Source: Phoronis australis (lineage: Eukaryota > Animalia > Phoronida). From it: a stretch of DNA of 40,056 nucleotides. The notes below the pieces were generated by a model. That model had not been told where the DNA came from. It searched no databases and was given only the letters and a program-made list of their open reading frames with translations. Position numbers and translations under genes: made by a program. The stretch spans positions 183,940 through 223,995 of the forward strand of contig NMRA01000428.1 in the NCBI GenBank assembly GCA_002633005.1, written 5' to 3'. Every line of letters begins with the position of its first letter. Positions within the stretch are counted from its first letter, which is position 1. Shown piece after piece: positions 1 through 10,845 of the stretch.

Positions 1-558
1 AACGACGACGGAACTTAACACAACCGAGGTAGAACAATGACTGACTCGGCAGCTCTCACAGTCAGACTATATGAAAAGAAATTGGCGCGAAATGCTTGCC
101 TCCTAAAACGTCACTTCCGGAGTAGCGGACGAGTAATTAATAAAATTACGAAAAGCTGTAATTAAGCGGAAAATATGTCTAGGACAACCAACCAACCAAC
201 CTTATTTTAGCTCAAAATGAAAAAGGTTGCCTTCGCCTTTAAGGTCAGACGTCTCAAATTCAAGTCAAACCGAACTTTCACTCCCACACACTCTGTACTT
301 GGAAATGATTCATGATTTCTTATCCCATTGCAAAGGACACTCAAAGCCGCTTGTCTTTGTATTCTATAACAATAGTCGAAAATCTAATCTTTGAGTATCG
401 TTTGAAAATGCAACAATATGCAAATTTGATAATTGATATACCCGCCTCAAAGACAGCGATTCGTCTCCAACAGCCTTATTCGCCAAACTCGGGTCCCGCT
501 AGAATCTTGCCAATTGGTACGTGATAAAACAACATTACATGTACAATACCACGACAAG

Positions 559-564
559 TTTATT
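559..564 (-). terminator. Polyadenylation signal AATAAA, paralogue A
   Basis: TTTATT on the + strand about 44 nt past the stop; conserved at the equivalent position in copy B. Confidence 0.6.
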
Positions 565-607
565 AAAATTTAACATGGCAGACGTTTGCTGACATTACCC
601 CATTACG

Positions 608-1791
608 CTACAATACAGTTTCATGCCGTCTTGACTTCACAGTACGCTTGCCCACACCGCACCTTTTAGGTAAATATACTTCTTGTTTGTCAACGCAACC
701 AAATTCCCCATCATCATCAACTTCGAGAAAAGTTTCAAACTCTTTTGAAGAACCTTCTTCTGATATTGTTTCCTCAATCCAGGCCTTCTCTCGAAGTTGA
801 GCAGTATGCTGACTTGCAAGGATCTGAAGTAATATTGCAGACAACATCCCCAAACAGGCCAGCCCAAGACAAACATACATTAACGACATCTGACCAAAAT
901 TGTACAGTAGGTATCCGATCAGATTGTCCGTACCCAAATCTACTAAGCAGAATATAACAGATGCCCAGCCAATCAAAACCACGGTAAGACTGACATAATT
1001 ATTCAACCAGGACATCATGGTAGGCCACATGGACGAGGCGAAAAGTCTGTAAGCGCAAAAATATACCCATAATGCTGTACGGGAAGTGAGACCAAATGAT
1101 AAAAGAGCGAATGATAGGGCCGTTGCAACAGCCTGTGTGAACAGCATGACCTGTACAGGAACAAGCAAACTGCACAAAGAAGTCACGACACGTGACACCA
1201 AGCGCATGAGGTTTGCAGCAGATATCAGATATGCGGCTTCCTCTTTTTCAAATTTTAAATCGCATTCAGTTGCAAAGGAGAATCCCCAAAGAGAAACTGC
1301 AGTTGCGTGACCAAGAAGACAAGAAAAATACACAGTCGTCCCAATCAGTATAAGCAATCCAAACGTGAAATCCCCGGCAGCCCAATTGCTTGGGGAAATG
1401 ATTTCCAGGAAACTGACTTTTGGTTTGTCACGCGTTGTGCCGTTGCTGTGCAATTTATTGTCGGGAATCGGAATTTTACCTCGTTCAAGAAAATCGAAAA
1501 TCAAAAAACAGACTCCACTCAATAACGAGAAACTGGCAAAGATTATGAAGGGTATCTCTATCCTCGGCGGCTGAGTGTCTACAGACCATTCCGTGAAATT
1601 ATCGGTGTTTACTTGTTGCAAAGACAAGTTGACTAAACTTTCATTTGATACCCGTTGTGTCCGGTGTAGGGAAATGAAAGACTTGCTTATCAATGGCGTG
1701 ACAGCTTGGCCTAACGGAAATCCCACCGAGCAGAGATGCAACGGAAACGCCGCTCGTTCTCCCCACATCGAACTGACTGCTTGAGGTGCCA
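608..1791 (-). CDS. Paralogue A terminal coding exon (approx. TM5-TM12 plus acidic C-terminal tail)
   Basis: 394-codon ORF with many hydrophobic segments. Minus-strand acceptor ttttgttttag at 1792-1802. The ORF track's GTG 'start' is really the split codon C|TG (Leu). TAG stop at 608-610. Confidence 0.92.
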
Positions 1792-4700
1792 CTAAAACAA
1801 AAATATATATCAGTTATGATACATGTAGGTCTACTCGATCGCCGTGCTAGATGTCCTGGTGTTAAAAACAATTATTTTCTTGACAAGCACATTAGTTCTA
1901 TCAAAACAGCGTCACCGCGTTTTATCTTATGTTCATATCGAAATTCTTTAGAATAAATGGCCTGTAATTCCTGTGGTAGCCCTTTTTTGTGACTGACACT
2001 AACCCGCCGGGACCTAAATGACATGTCAGCTAAGAAATCATTTCTAATCTGAAAAAAGAACAAGATGAGATCGACTTTATAGCAGAAAGTGAGCTTGTTT
2101 AAACAAGCGTGGCGTGAACCGAATATAGCAGACAGTGAGCTTGTTTAAACAAGCGTGGCGTAAACCGAATATAGCAGACAGTGAGCTTGTTTAAACAAGC
2201 GTGGCGTGAACCGAATATAGCAGACAGTGAGCTTGTTTAAACAAGCGTGGCGTGAACCGAATACTCGAAAACCAAAGGCAGTTTTTCTAGTTGCTCGTTC
2301 ATATTACGCAAATTACAGCAAAACATGATCTTTTGCTTTAAATCTTCTTGCACTCGGTCACCCTGTTGACAAATGCAATCTGTTTGGATATGTTTGCGCG
2401 TGACAAACACATACCTTCACACGTTTAAAGGGATTTTCCTGTCGTACACTTACGATTGTTGAAAATTGCTGCAGGGGTAACACTGATGAAGCGTAACACA
2501 CCAAGCATCTCGACAGATGGCGCAATAGGAATTATTGCGTAAAAAAGAGCCTCAACAATACAGCCAACAGCAATCACCAAGTTACTCCTGAAATGACTTT
2601 AAGCATTAGAAGCTTCAATGTGTACACAGTGGCGGATCTAGGATACCATAAGGGGGGGCAACATGTTTGTATGTACACAGGCGCCCCGAAAGTTGCGGGG
2701 GCCGGCAGTATAAAGCTTCTGTTCGGAAAATCTGTCGACTAAAAAAAACTAAGAAACACGGGAACGCTATCCCCGCTCCCATTCTCCACTACTGGTCCTA
2801 GTTATGCTTAATTATGCTTCGCGCTGTTGATGGTTCATTTTGCTTGCAGCAGCCAAGAGGGGGGGGGGGGGCAACTTGGACCCCCCTACAACTCTAAATC
2901 CGTTATGGTACATATTTGTGTGTGTGTGTGCGTGAGTGTACGTGTACGTGTTTTTCGTTCCTGTGTGAGTGCGTAATAGTTTAATTCAAAAAATTTCAAT
3001 GCAGGGCAGGTGGTTTAATAAACACCTGCAGCAATGACGTTGGCCAGCCCCCGTGATCTAATCGTTATACTCGAAACTCGTCTCAAAAATTGACAAATTT
3101 ATGGAACGCTCCAGGCGTCACCTCTTTACGAGTAATGTTTGACACCAGTCGATATTCTTCAAACAACCAATTAATGTTAAGGTTGCAATAGTTTGCAAAA
3201 CAAACCAATCAGGTCGTAATGTTTTGACGTGATTGACAACTGCAAAGGCTGTCGACCATGACATGGATGAAAGCTTAAGAAAAAATGCTAGCTAAAATTG
3301 CAATAATTGTACAGCATGAGGTGGCTTTAAAAAGAATTTTGTGCTCCCTACAACTAGTTGGATGACCGTTACGGCGAGGAAAGTAACTGATTTATTCCCT
3401 TTAGTGTTTTACTGCATGCGTTCTATCAAACAGGAGCGCCACCGTAACGCCAAAAAAGTGAACAACAAATATTTAAACTTTACCAGATAACAGCACAGCG
3501 AGGGAAAATTAATTCAAACCAAAAATGGAATGCGTGGCATTATAGCGGAACCTTTCAGTAACTGCAGGGCAGAGTTGGATGCTGCAATTGATGTCACGAT
3601 GTCGGAATTTGTTGACGATTGCAAACTTTCATTTCCGAAAACTTTCAAACACGGCAAGTCGCAGACAGGTTATGATTTTTTCAAATAAAATGGTTGTGGA
3701 TGTAACCTTGTCCCTTATTTTGATCCAGTCGAAGTGGTAGGGTAGCTGACCTTTTGACTGGCCAGATATACATGTAGGCTTAGTTGGCGCGTTAACTGAC
3801 AAACATCTGATCGTACGCCATTACTGACTAAGCCACCGCGTCATGTAGGTGAAACAGAAATGGGGCGTACTTGGCATTCTTAGGAATTATTTTTCGGATC
3901 AACCGTGATGCACCTAGCTGCTGATTTTCGAAATAGCCGTGCCATATTGAATTTCACTAATCCGCCACTGAGTCGACGATCCGAGTAGAGTTCAGTAACA
4001 CTAGGACCTCTATAAAAAGCAAGACTTGACGAGATTACGTGAGATATTGTCTTGCATTTTAAATAAGAACACGGGATTTATGTACATGTACCATGGGCGG
4101 CGCAGCACTGAAAAAAAGTAGGAGGGCTATTGCCCAGTCCCCAGACCTCCCTGTGGTGCACGGTGCAAAGACCATGGGTGGCGCAGCACTAAAAAAAGTG
4201 GGGGCTATGATCCCCCAAGCCCCCATGGTGCGTCGCCCTTGACTTCTCTACCTAGGTTCTCGGTGGAAAACCGTTCAGCGCCAACTATGTAATAATCCCA
4301 ATGAATGTGGATGGGAGGTTTCCACCTTCTTGTATAACAAGCGGTTTAGAAGGAGTTCATAAAACAACCACATAGAAATGAAAAATTACTATTTACACAT
4401 GTTTATGCATGTGTTGGGATAATGGCTTAAAGTACACTGCTGCATTGCACTCAATGAACTTTGGTTACCGAGTTATGACCTATTTGGCTAAAAGGCATAT
4501 TTTACATTTTTTCATGTTTGTAAAATTTCATTTTTGAAAGGAAAGAAATCAGAATTGTCGCAGTGGTGACAAAGTTTGGCACTGGTGGTCATAAAAACGT
4601 ATGTAAGGTTAGTAAGTTAAATGATATTTGCAACTCACAGACAAAAATTAATTTCCAGCAGGACAGAAAATTCCAAGACCACTTTTCAGGCCAATCAAAA

Positions 4701-7700
4701 GTGGCAAGATTTTGCTCAATCTGCCTTCTATATACAACAATACTTGAACTCGAAATTCATTGTGTAGACACTTCTAAGATTAAACTTTGAAAACTGTTTC
4801 ATACATTTGGTGCTAAAAGTGGCCCTCGAATTTGATATTTTTGGAGATTTGACCTTACTCTGACTGACAAGAGCATTGTGGCTAATTTTGAAGTTCAGAG
4901 AGTTTACATAAAATGTATGCTATTATCAACAATGTAATATACAAGAAAAAATTAATTTCCGCTTTGAGACTCCAATTTGCTGAAACATTCAATGTTTTGT
5001 ATAATTCAAGCAATGACAATCCAAGTTTCAACATTACATGCATTTTCTGCCATGGCAAACGTATGCAGGATCCAGACGATGTTCCTTCTTTGTACCGGGA
5101 CTCGAACATGGGACCTTTCGCTAACGGTGCGAAATGTCCACTAATAAGTGTGGTTGGATTTTTTTATTCGACCGGTTGTCATTACGACTCATGGGACTAG
5201 AGCGTCTGCGCGCATAGCAAAAAAGTCCCCTGTTCGAGTCGCCGTTGGGGTAGTACATTCATTATTTGGCCACAGGTGTCGTTTGCGATTCGTGATTAGC
5301 TTACTTGTACGTAGAACATGGGAAAGTGGATCAGAGTCACCACTGAAGTGAGCTTCACATGCGCGATCAGACAAATAGGTCCTAAGATGCAGTATATAGT
5401 CGACTCACCTTTTAGGGAACTTGCCCATCACGAAAGCTAAAACAGGCGAAACCACGAGATAACTCAAGGATGCGATTGACAAGGCAGTGGCCACAGTTGC
5501 ATAGTTGCTATTGGTTCGTTTGATGAGGTCTGGTAAACAGATGCCAACGTTCGTAAATTGACAACCCTGGGAATAAAGATGAACTCGAATGACAAAATGG
5601 GGGTGTTAACTGAGTTCTGGCAGGCCCACGTGTAATTCTATTTTTCAGAGAATCCTACATGCATCCGGCTAAAAGAATTAAAGACGCGTCACTCTTCTTG
5701 ATAGGTTAAGTTTAAAACGTCATTTCTATTTTTGTGCTCTATTGTAAGAGAAGCCTGCATTTTCGTTGAGTGGGCATCAAATGCAAATGTATTGCTAATA
5801 TCGGTTTGTTCACGTTTAGTGGTTTTCGGGAACAAAGGCCAACGAATAAAAATGACGTCTTGCAATGAGTCTTCAATGACTGTAAGGGATAGAATAGACG
5901 ATTGCTTGAATATTTCACGAGAATTCAGCTTTGTGTTGAAATTAATACATACAAGTATTCACATTCCAGAAGCTTTGAGGGTCAGAAAGGTATTTTTAAG
6001 TACTCCATAGACGGCAGGAGTTTTTGTGTACCATCTAAAGAAAACAAAATACATTTTTTTGTTTTATCTAATCTTAAATCCTACCTCATCTAATTTGTAC
6101 AAATCATTTGCATTATATCAATGTTTAGAGAGGTAATATCGCAGAAAACTTCTAGATTTGTGAATATGTAAGGAAAGGGCTCGACATAACTAGCTGCAGG
6201 TCGCATTTGCGACCTTAAATTTTCAAATGCGAGCTGAGATTTTGTCAGCTCGTATAAAGTCGCAAATTGCGACCTGGAATTTCCAACGAATGCGAACTGA
6301 GTTTTTACACTTCTCAGCAGATACCTGGCAAATAAAAAGCAATTCTTGGTAATCCGACCGTTATTTGGCTGCTGCCAAATCCAAGTTCAAAAGAACACTA
6401 ACCGAGAACAGCCCTCCCGAAGACATGTAAGCATGTCGCGTGAACAAGGGATATGCAGAATCGATCTTTGACGCGTTTCATTGGCTAATATTTTCGGCCA
6501 CTTTTGCACATTTCCGGATTCGCCGAAGAAAGCTTCAAGCCACTGCATAACACGTGATAAAACGTCACAAAACAGCGGTGTTTCTACTAATTCTTAAGCG
6601 ATCAACTTTCCAAACTTTGTGGTGGACAAATATGTTCAGTTTACTCGTAAGATGTCCTTATTACATGTACATGTACGAAATATCCAAGACAATATCCCTG
6701 ATATCGCACCGCGGCACTGGTCGGTGGCGTTGTTAGCGCGCAAGCGGTCCCGGCAGACATCGCATAAGACAGCCAAAGTGAAAATGACAACCCTATTAAT
6801 CACCAAACGATTTCCACGTCTTTACTTTCAGTTGCCAAGAAATTCTCAAACCCTATTACTTGTTTCTGGGGCTACGTGTGCGAAATATGAGTTGTCTTTC
6901 ACACGTTGTTGCCAACGTAAAGTGTAGGCCTACTCCAGCGATTCAAGTGCGTGAACTCACGCGTGAGCACCACTTCAAAGCTGCACATCAAAAGAGAACA
7001 GCGACAGTCCTAAATGAAAGAGTAAGTGTATACCGGCTTGGCTCTGTTAAGCACCCGAGTGCCAGTGGTTTAATTGAAAATGAACTCATAGGTTATACAA
7101 GACCCTATGCTTTATGGTATTCCCCGCTACTGATATAACCCAGAACTGTTGCGATGTTTCCCGAGATTGGTGTTCCCTAAGCCCTATATTCTATGCCCGT
7201 AGCCAGCTATCGCAACAAAAACTTGTACTAGATGCAGAATTGTGGATTTCAAACGTTTTATTTTTCTCTTCATACACCCCCCGCAAATTTTCACTGCCTG
7301 GACCACCGCCGCCGTAAAATGTTCAGACTCCAATAGAAACAATCTTGTTCCGGCTGAAGCGGGCAATTACATGTAAAAACAAAATTATTCCGGGTGGCTA
7401 AAAAGGGTACAGTGTAGGTGGTAACGATATCCAGAAAGTCACCTCTACTAGATGTAGTTTGCCTCGCTAAATCGTATTATTATAACATTTCTTACCATTG
7501 CAGTATTTTAATATCTTATTACCGCAAACACTCAGGTTAACGACTATGCTCACGCACAAGCCTACTCTCTACATTTGAATTTTTTCAAAATAAGCACTCA
7601 CTGATCTACTAAGCGTTCCCCCTCAACGTTTGAGAATTTCCAATTAGCCTAACCCCCCACAGTTCAGGCTAGCGCCCATCATAGCGAACTACAAACGACC

Positions 7701-8937
7701 GAACGTGGTTTGAAGTTGACACGCAGCCTACATGTATATGGTGAGTCACTCTCATTTTACACAACAAAAAACGTCTTTTCTCACTATGTAAAAACCAAAT
7801 TCCGGCTTTGTTTTACCTACGAAAGAAAGTTAACACTTTTGACATGCGTGTCGTTTTCTGACTTACCTATTTTTCCCGTACTTGGAAGGTATTGAAGATA
7901 AAACTCGCCATTAACCGATGGAAACCCGCACGGAGGGAGTCGGGAATTATTTCGAGGCTATTCATTTCATGGAAAACTTATTGTTGAGTACGTAAACAGC
8001 ACAAGTATCACATTTTTGTTGTGAAACTTACACTGAATTGTTCCCGCGCATCCAAACAGGTCATTCGGTTTATGGCATCGTTTTTTCGACAGATGTTTTT
8101 CAAACGTCGAGTTAAGTTGCAAATTTTGAGCTGCGAACAAAAAGTGGAGGGAATATGCACTCCGAGTTAGTTTGAATCTATAACGACTTTGATGAATGCC
8201 AGTAGCAGGTCAGACCGCAAAATCCCGGATACTTTTCAACGGGCATTTTCTCCCTTTTCACATCGGAAACTTAGCTACTCGAATGCACGTGTCAGTTAGA
8301 GTGCCCTGATTCAACTTTCACGTCGGCAACTTGCCTTGCGCTCTAGAGCCTTTCAATGGCGATCGTGAAGAACAGTAACGCCGTACCTGCATGATCGAAG
8401 TCAATTTTGCGATCTGAAATTTGTAAGTATTTAACGCTGCAGGTAAAAGCATAATCTAAACATTTTCTCGATGATCTAAAAAATCAGTTTTGGCGCGTAA
8501 GATGGCGAGAAATTTTTGCGACCTGGCATTTATGAATGGGAGCTGGATTTTGAAAATGCGACCTGGAATTTTGGCTTGGTCGCAAACTGCGACCTGGCAA
8601 TTTTTATAGCGTCGAGCCCTGAAGGACAAATTGTTCTCTCCATAAAAAACTTGTTCAATTAATTGCAAATCGTGTTAGGTTATGCCCTCATTTGACCCAA
8701 AGTCACACAGACTAATAACTGATTGCGCTAGTCTAGGGTCTTCTTTTTGCATAAGTGCAGTAGAAATGCGAACAAACTTACCCCCACAAAGAGGACTAAA
8801 GTGAATACCAACGATTTACAGATGAAGTAATTTCGTGTTTCCACTGGAAGATCTGGTTGCAGTATATCCTCAATGGGTTCTCCTTCGCCAGTCTTCGGTT
8901 GTTTTCTTCCTTTCGTGATATTTTGTAAACTGCACAT
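608..8937 (-). CDS. MFS transporter paralogue A (MFSD4/sodium-dependent glucose transporter 1-like); 4 coding exons, 543 aa
   Basis: Exons 8782-8937 (156 nt), 5409-5566 (158), 2454-2587 (134) and 608-1791 (1184) total 1632 nt = 544 codons. All introns are GT-AG and phases 0/2/1 join with no stop. The product is highly hydrophobic with MFSD4-like motifs (G-x-x-L-P-D-L after TM1; LH...G..LG...PLI; SSMWPT). Confidence 0.85.
2079..2262. repeat. 46-bp minisatellite, 4 near-identical copies, each with a 16-bp perfect palindrome GCTTGTTTAAACAAGC
   Basis: Unit ATAGCAGACAGTGAGCTTGTTTAAACAAGCGTGGCGTGAACCGAAT, period 46, no spacers. Confidence 0.95.
2454..2587 (-). CDS. Paralogue A coding exon 3 (SNLVIAVGCIVEALFYAIIPIAPSVEMLGVLRFISVTPAAIFNN)
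   Basis: Acceptor atttcag, donor gtaagt (2453-2448). Length 134 nt = 1+132+1. Same length and boundaries as the copy B exon at 38254-38387. Confidence 0.9.
2627..2907. mobile_element. hAT-like MITE (281 bp) with 5-bp TSD GTACA
   Basis: Ends CAGTGGCGGATCTAG ... CTAAATCCGTTATG. GTACA at 2622-2626 and 2908-2912. Absent from the equivalent site in copy B (~38415-38430). A related copy lies at ~26341-26595. Confidence 0.8.
3990..4075. mobile_element. Partial copy of the GTTCAGTAACGCTAGGACCT MITE family
   Basis: Aligns by eye with 17380-17465; followed closely by the 4092-4241 element. Confidence 0.65.
4092..4241. mobile_element. Dimeric CATGGG-terminated MITE (~150 bp)
   Basis: Two tandem monomers of ~70-80 bp, each starting CATGGGYGGCGCAGCACT. 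Reverse-complement match to 28645-28787. Confidence 0.7.
5090..5145 (-). mobile_element. tRNA-derived fragment (SINE head or pseudo-tRNA)
   Basis: Minus strand has a B-box-like TGTTCGAGTCC and a TTTCGC/GCGAAA stem with a 7-nt loop; acceptor and D arms incomplete. Confidence 0.45.
5409..5566 (-). CDS. Paralogue A coding exon 2 (GCQFTNVGICLPDLIKRTNSNYATVATALSIASLSYLVVSPVLAFVMGKFPK)
   Basis: Acceptor tttattcccag, donor AAG|gtgagt. Phase 0 in, phase 2 out, joining exon 3 as AG|G (Arg). GICLPDL corresponds to the MFSD4 GPTLxDL motif. Too short for the ORF track. Confidence 0.88.
6175..8621. mobile_element. Non-autonomous hAT-like DNA transposon (2447 bp) with 5-bp TSD AAGGA, in the intron after the first coding exon of copy A
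   Basis: TIR (A)AGGGCTCGAC ... GTCGAGCCCTG. AAGGA at 6170-6174 and 8622-8626. Both ends carry arrays of subterminal TGCGACCTGG/GGTCGCA motifs. No transposase ORF seen. Confidence 0.8.
8782..8937 (-). CDS. Paralogue A first coding exon (MCSLQNITKGRKQ...KSLVFTLVLFVG)
   Basis: Hydrophilic N-terminus followed by the first half of TM1, ending at GGG|gtaagt (phase 0). An in-frame TGA lies upstream of the ATG. A likely acceptor (tatttcag, AG at 8993-8992) suggests an upstream non-coding exon. Confidence 0.75.
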
Positions 8938-9092
8938 TTGGAGAATTTGAGTTCCACAAAGATGTGTTCCATGCTGTCATAGAATTACAAACTGAAATAC
9001 TTATAATCAAAAAATAAAAACAACGCGTAACATTGAAATACGCCTACGAAGGCACCGCAAACGGTGCGCTTTAAAGGTGTTTATTGAATCAC

Positions 9093-9700
9093 AAAAATGG
9101 CCACTAAATGGTGCAAAATAAGTGGATTAGATCCGAAAACGGGAACTTGTCCTTCATTCTTTGATTGAAAGCTATTTAACAAATGTCAATATAATCCGCC
9201 AAGGAACTTCAGAGAAACAGAGGAAAACGGAAAAAAATGAAATTGCCAATAGTGGGCAATGGGCGCAAAAGGCTGCCACCAGGAGGCCCCACAGCAGTTG
9301 AAGTCGTTGGAAAATCATCGTTAACGCTCCTCTTCACACTAAATCTTATATGCCAGTTTTTGCAATCATACCTAGAGTGATTTGGTTGATAGGGGGGCAG
9401 ACGCAAAAAACGACTAAAAAACAGTAAAAATGGCCACTAGATGGCAAACAAGACGTCAAATACATAAGAAAACGGGAACGTGTCTTCGTTTCAGTTGACA
9501 GTTATTTACCAAATTTCATAAAAATCCGTAAAGGATATTGAATTAGAGAAAGAAAGAGGAAAACGGAAAAAAATAAATTGCCAATAAGGGGCCCAGTGTT
9601 TGTCGGATTCGTCTGAAAGTCGTTGCTATCTGTTTCCAACTTCATATAAAACACTTGCTAAATTTAATAAGATCCTGCAGAGAGTTTGGGGATACAGCCA
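9093..9700. repeat. Diverged tandem repeat (period ~333 bp, hints of a ~165-bp subunit); satellite or rolling-circle MITE-like
   Basis: AAAAATGGCCACTA...GAAAACGGGAAC...GAGGAAAACGGAAAAAAAT...AATTGCCAATA occurs from ~9093 and again from ~9426. Confidence 0.7.
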
Positions 9701-10392
9701 TGCGCGTAAATAAAACAAAACAACATCCCCATTCAGTTCAAGTTCGCAAAGCATGGTACGGCTGGCCAAATTGTGCATTTTGAAGATTTCACTGCGCTAC
9801 ATAATTACTGTTGGGGTGATTTAACAAAAAGACGTTGTTCGATTAAAAGGTTACGCTGTCTAGAAATGAGGTTGCAACAAAAAGATCAACTTTTAAGCAT
9901 GCAATCAAACGGCAACAAAACAATGAACAGTTACAGATTTCAGCCATAGTGGTAACCAGTAAAATTCTCCCTAACGTCACAGAAACTTTACAAGCCGACA
10001 CCTCCCCCACAACGAATTTGAAAAACGACACCAGCGTCGCTAATCGAGTACGGAAGGTTTAGAATTAGGACTAATTTCACGGTGCTCTTCAGCCTAAATA
10101 CACGGAATCATGCACAGTGATCGCGGAAATGAAATACCTCAAACAGTCACGCACGGGCACAAATCCTGATTCGGGGGTCACGGAAATACTCTTCATCCCG
10201 TAATGGAAACGAAAGTCAGAACGATGTAGAGTAGAACCTGAAAAAAGACAAATGTGTATGTACTTACAAAATGTCTTCGAGTTCCACGAAGGGGCTGCCA
10301 GTTCTTGTTCACTGGTGGGTGCGGTTTTGCATACTGGTTACAGATCAAATGTTTGATTAATATGTAAGCAGTGTGCCAGCATTTTTTTAATA

Positions 10393-10469
10393 AACAACCA
10401 TTTATGGCTGCCGATAGGGGTATTTCTACTTAACAACCATCTATGGCCGCCGATAGGGGTATTTCTACT
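10393..10469. repeat. 39-bp tandem duplication
   Basis: AACAACCATYTATGGCYGCCGATAGGGGTATTTCTACT twice. Confidence 0.9.
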
Positions 10470-10845
10470 AAAACGCAGTTACGTGCAAACGCACTGAGAA
10501 AGCAAGATGTGTACAACTCAGTCGTGTCAGTTTGGGAAAATGTGTCTTTATCTAGCATGTAATTTTTATTTCAAAAGTTATAAATGGTCGAAATTCTACT
10601 TCAGTTTTGTTTTTTGCCACCAAAACGGGTTATCGGAGATACTACAGTAAAAAGAAACTTCATCAACAGATTGAAGTTATGATGCTTTATGTCACCTCAG
10701 TTAAGGTAATAGAAAATTGAGCTTTCGTTACAAGACTGCATAGTTTTATAGGAGGACTCTGAGAAAGCTGGAATCAACATGAGTCAGAGTAAAGTTCCAC
10801 TTGCTCAGCAAAAAAGTTCTGCCAATATACATTTACTTAAATACG

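Noticed and set aside
637-1784. Short antisense and alternate-frame ORFs 'conserved' in both paralogues (also 29711-30749)
   Set aside because: Shadows of the MFS exon; their conservation is explained by the duplication.
2079-2262. CRISPR array (palindromic repeat at regular period)
   Set aside because: The sequences between the palindromes are identical, so there are no unique spacers. There are no cas genes and it lies in a spliceosomal intron.
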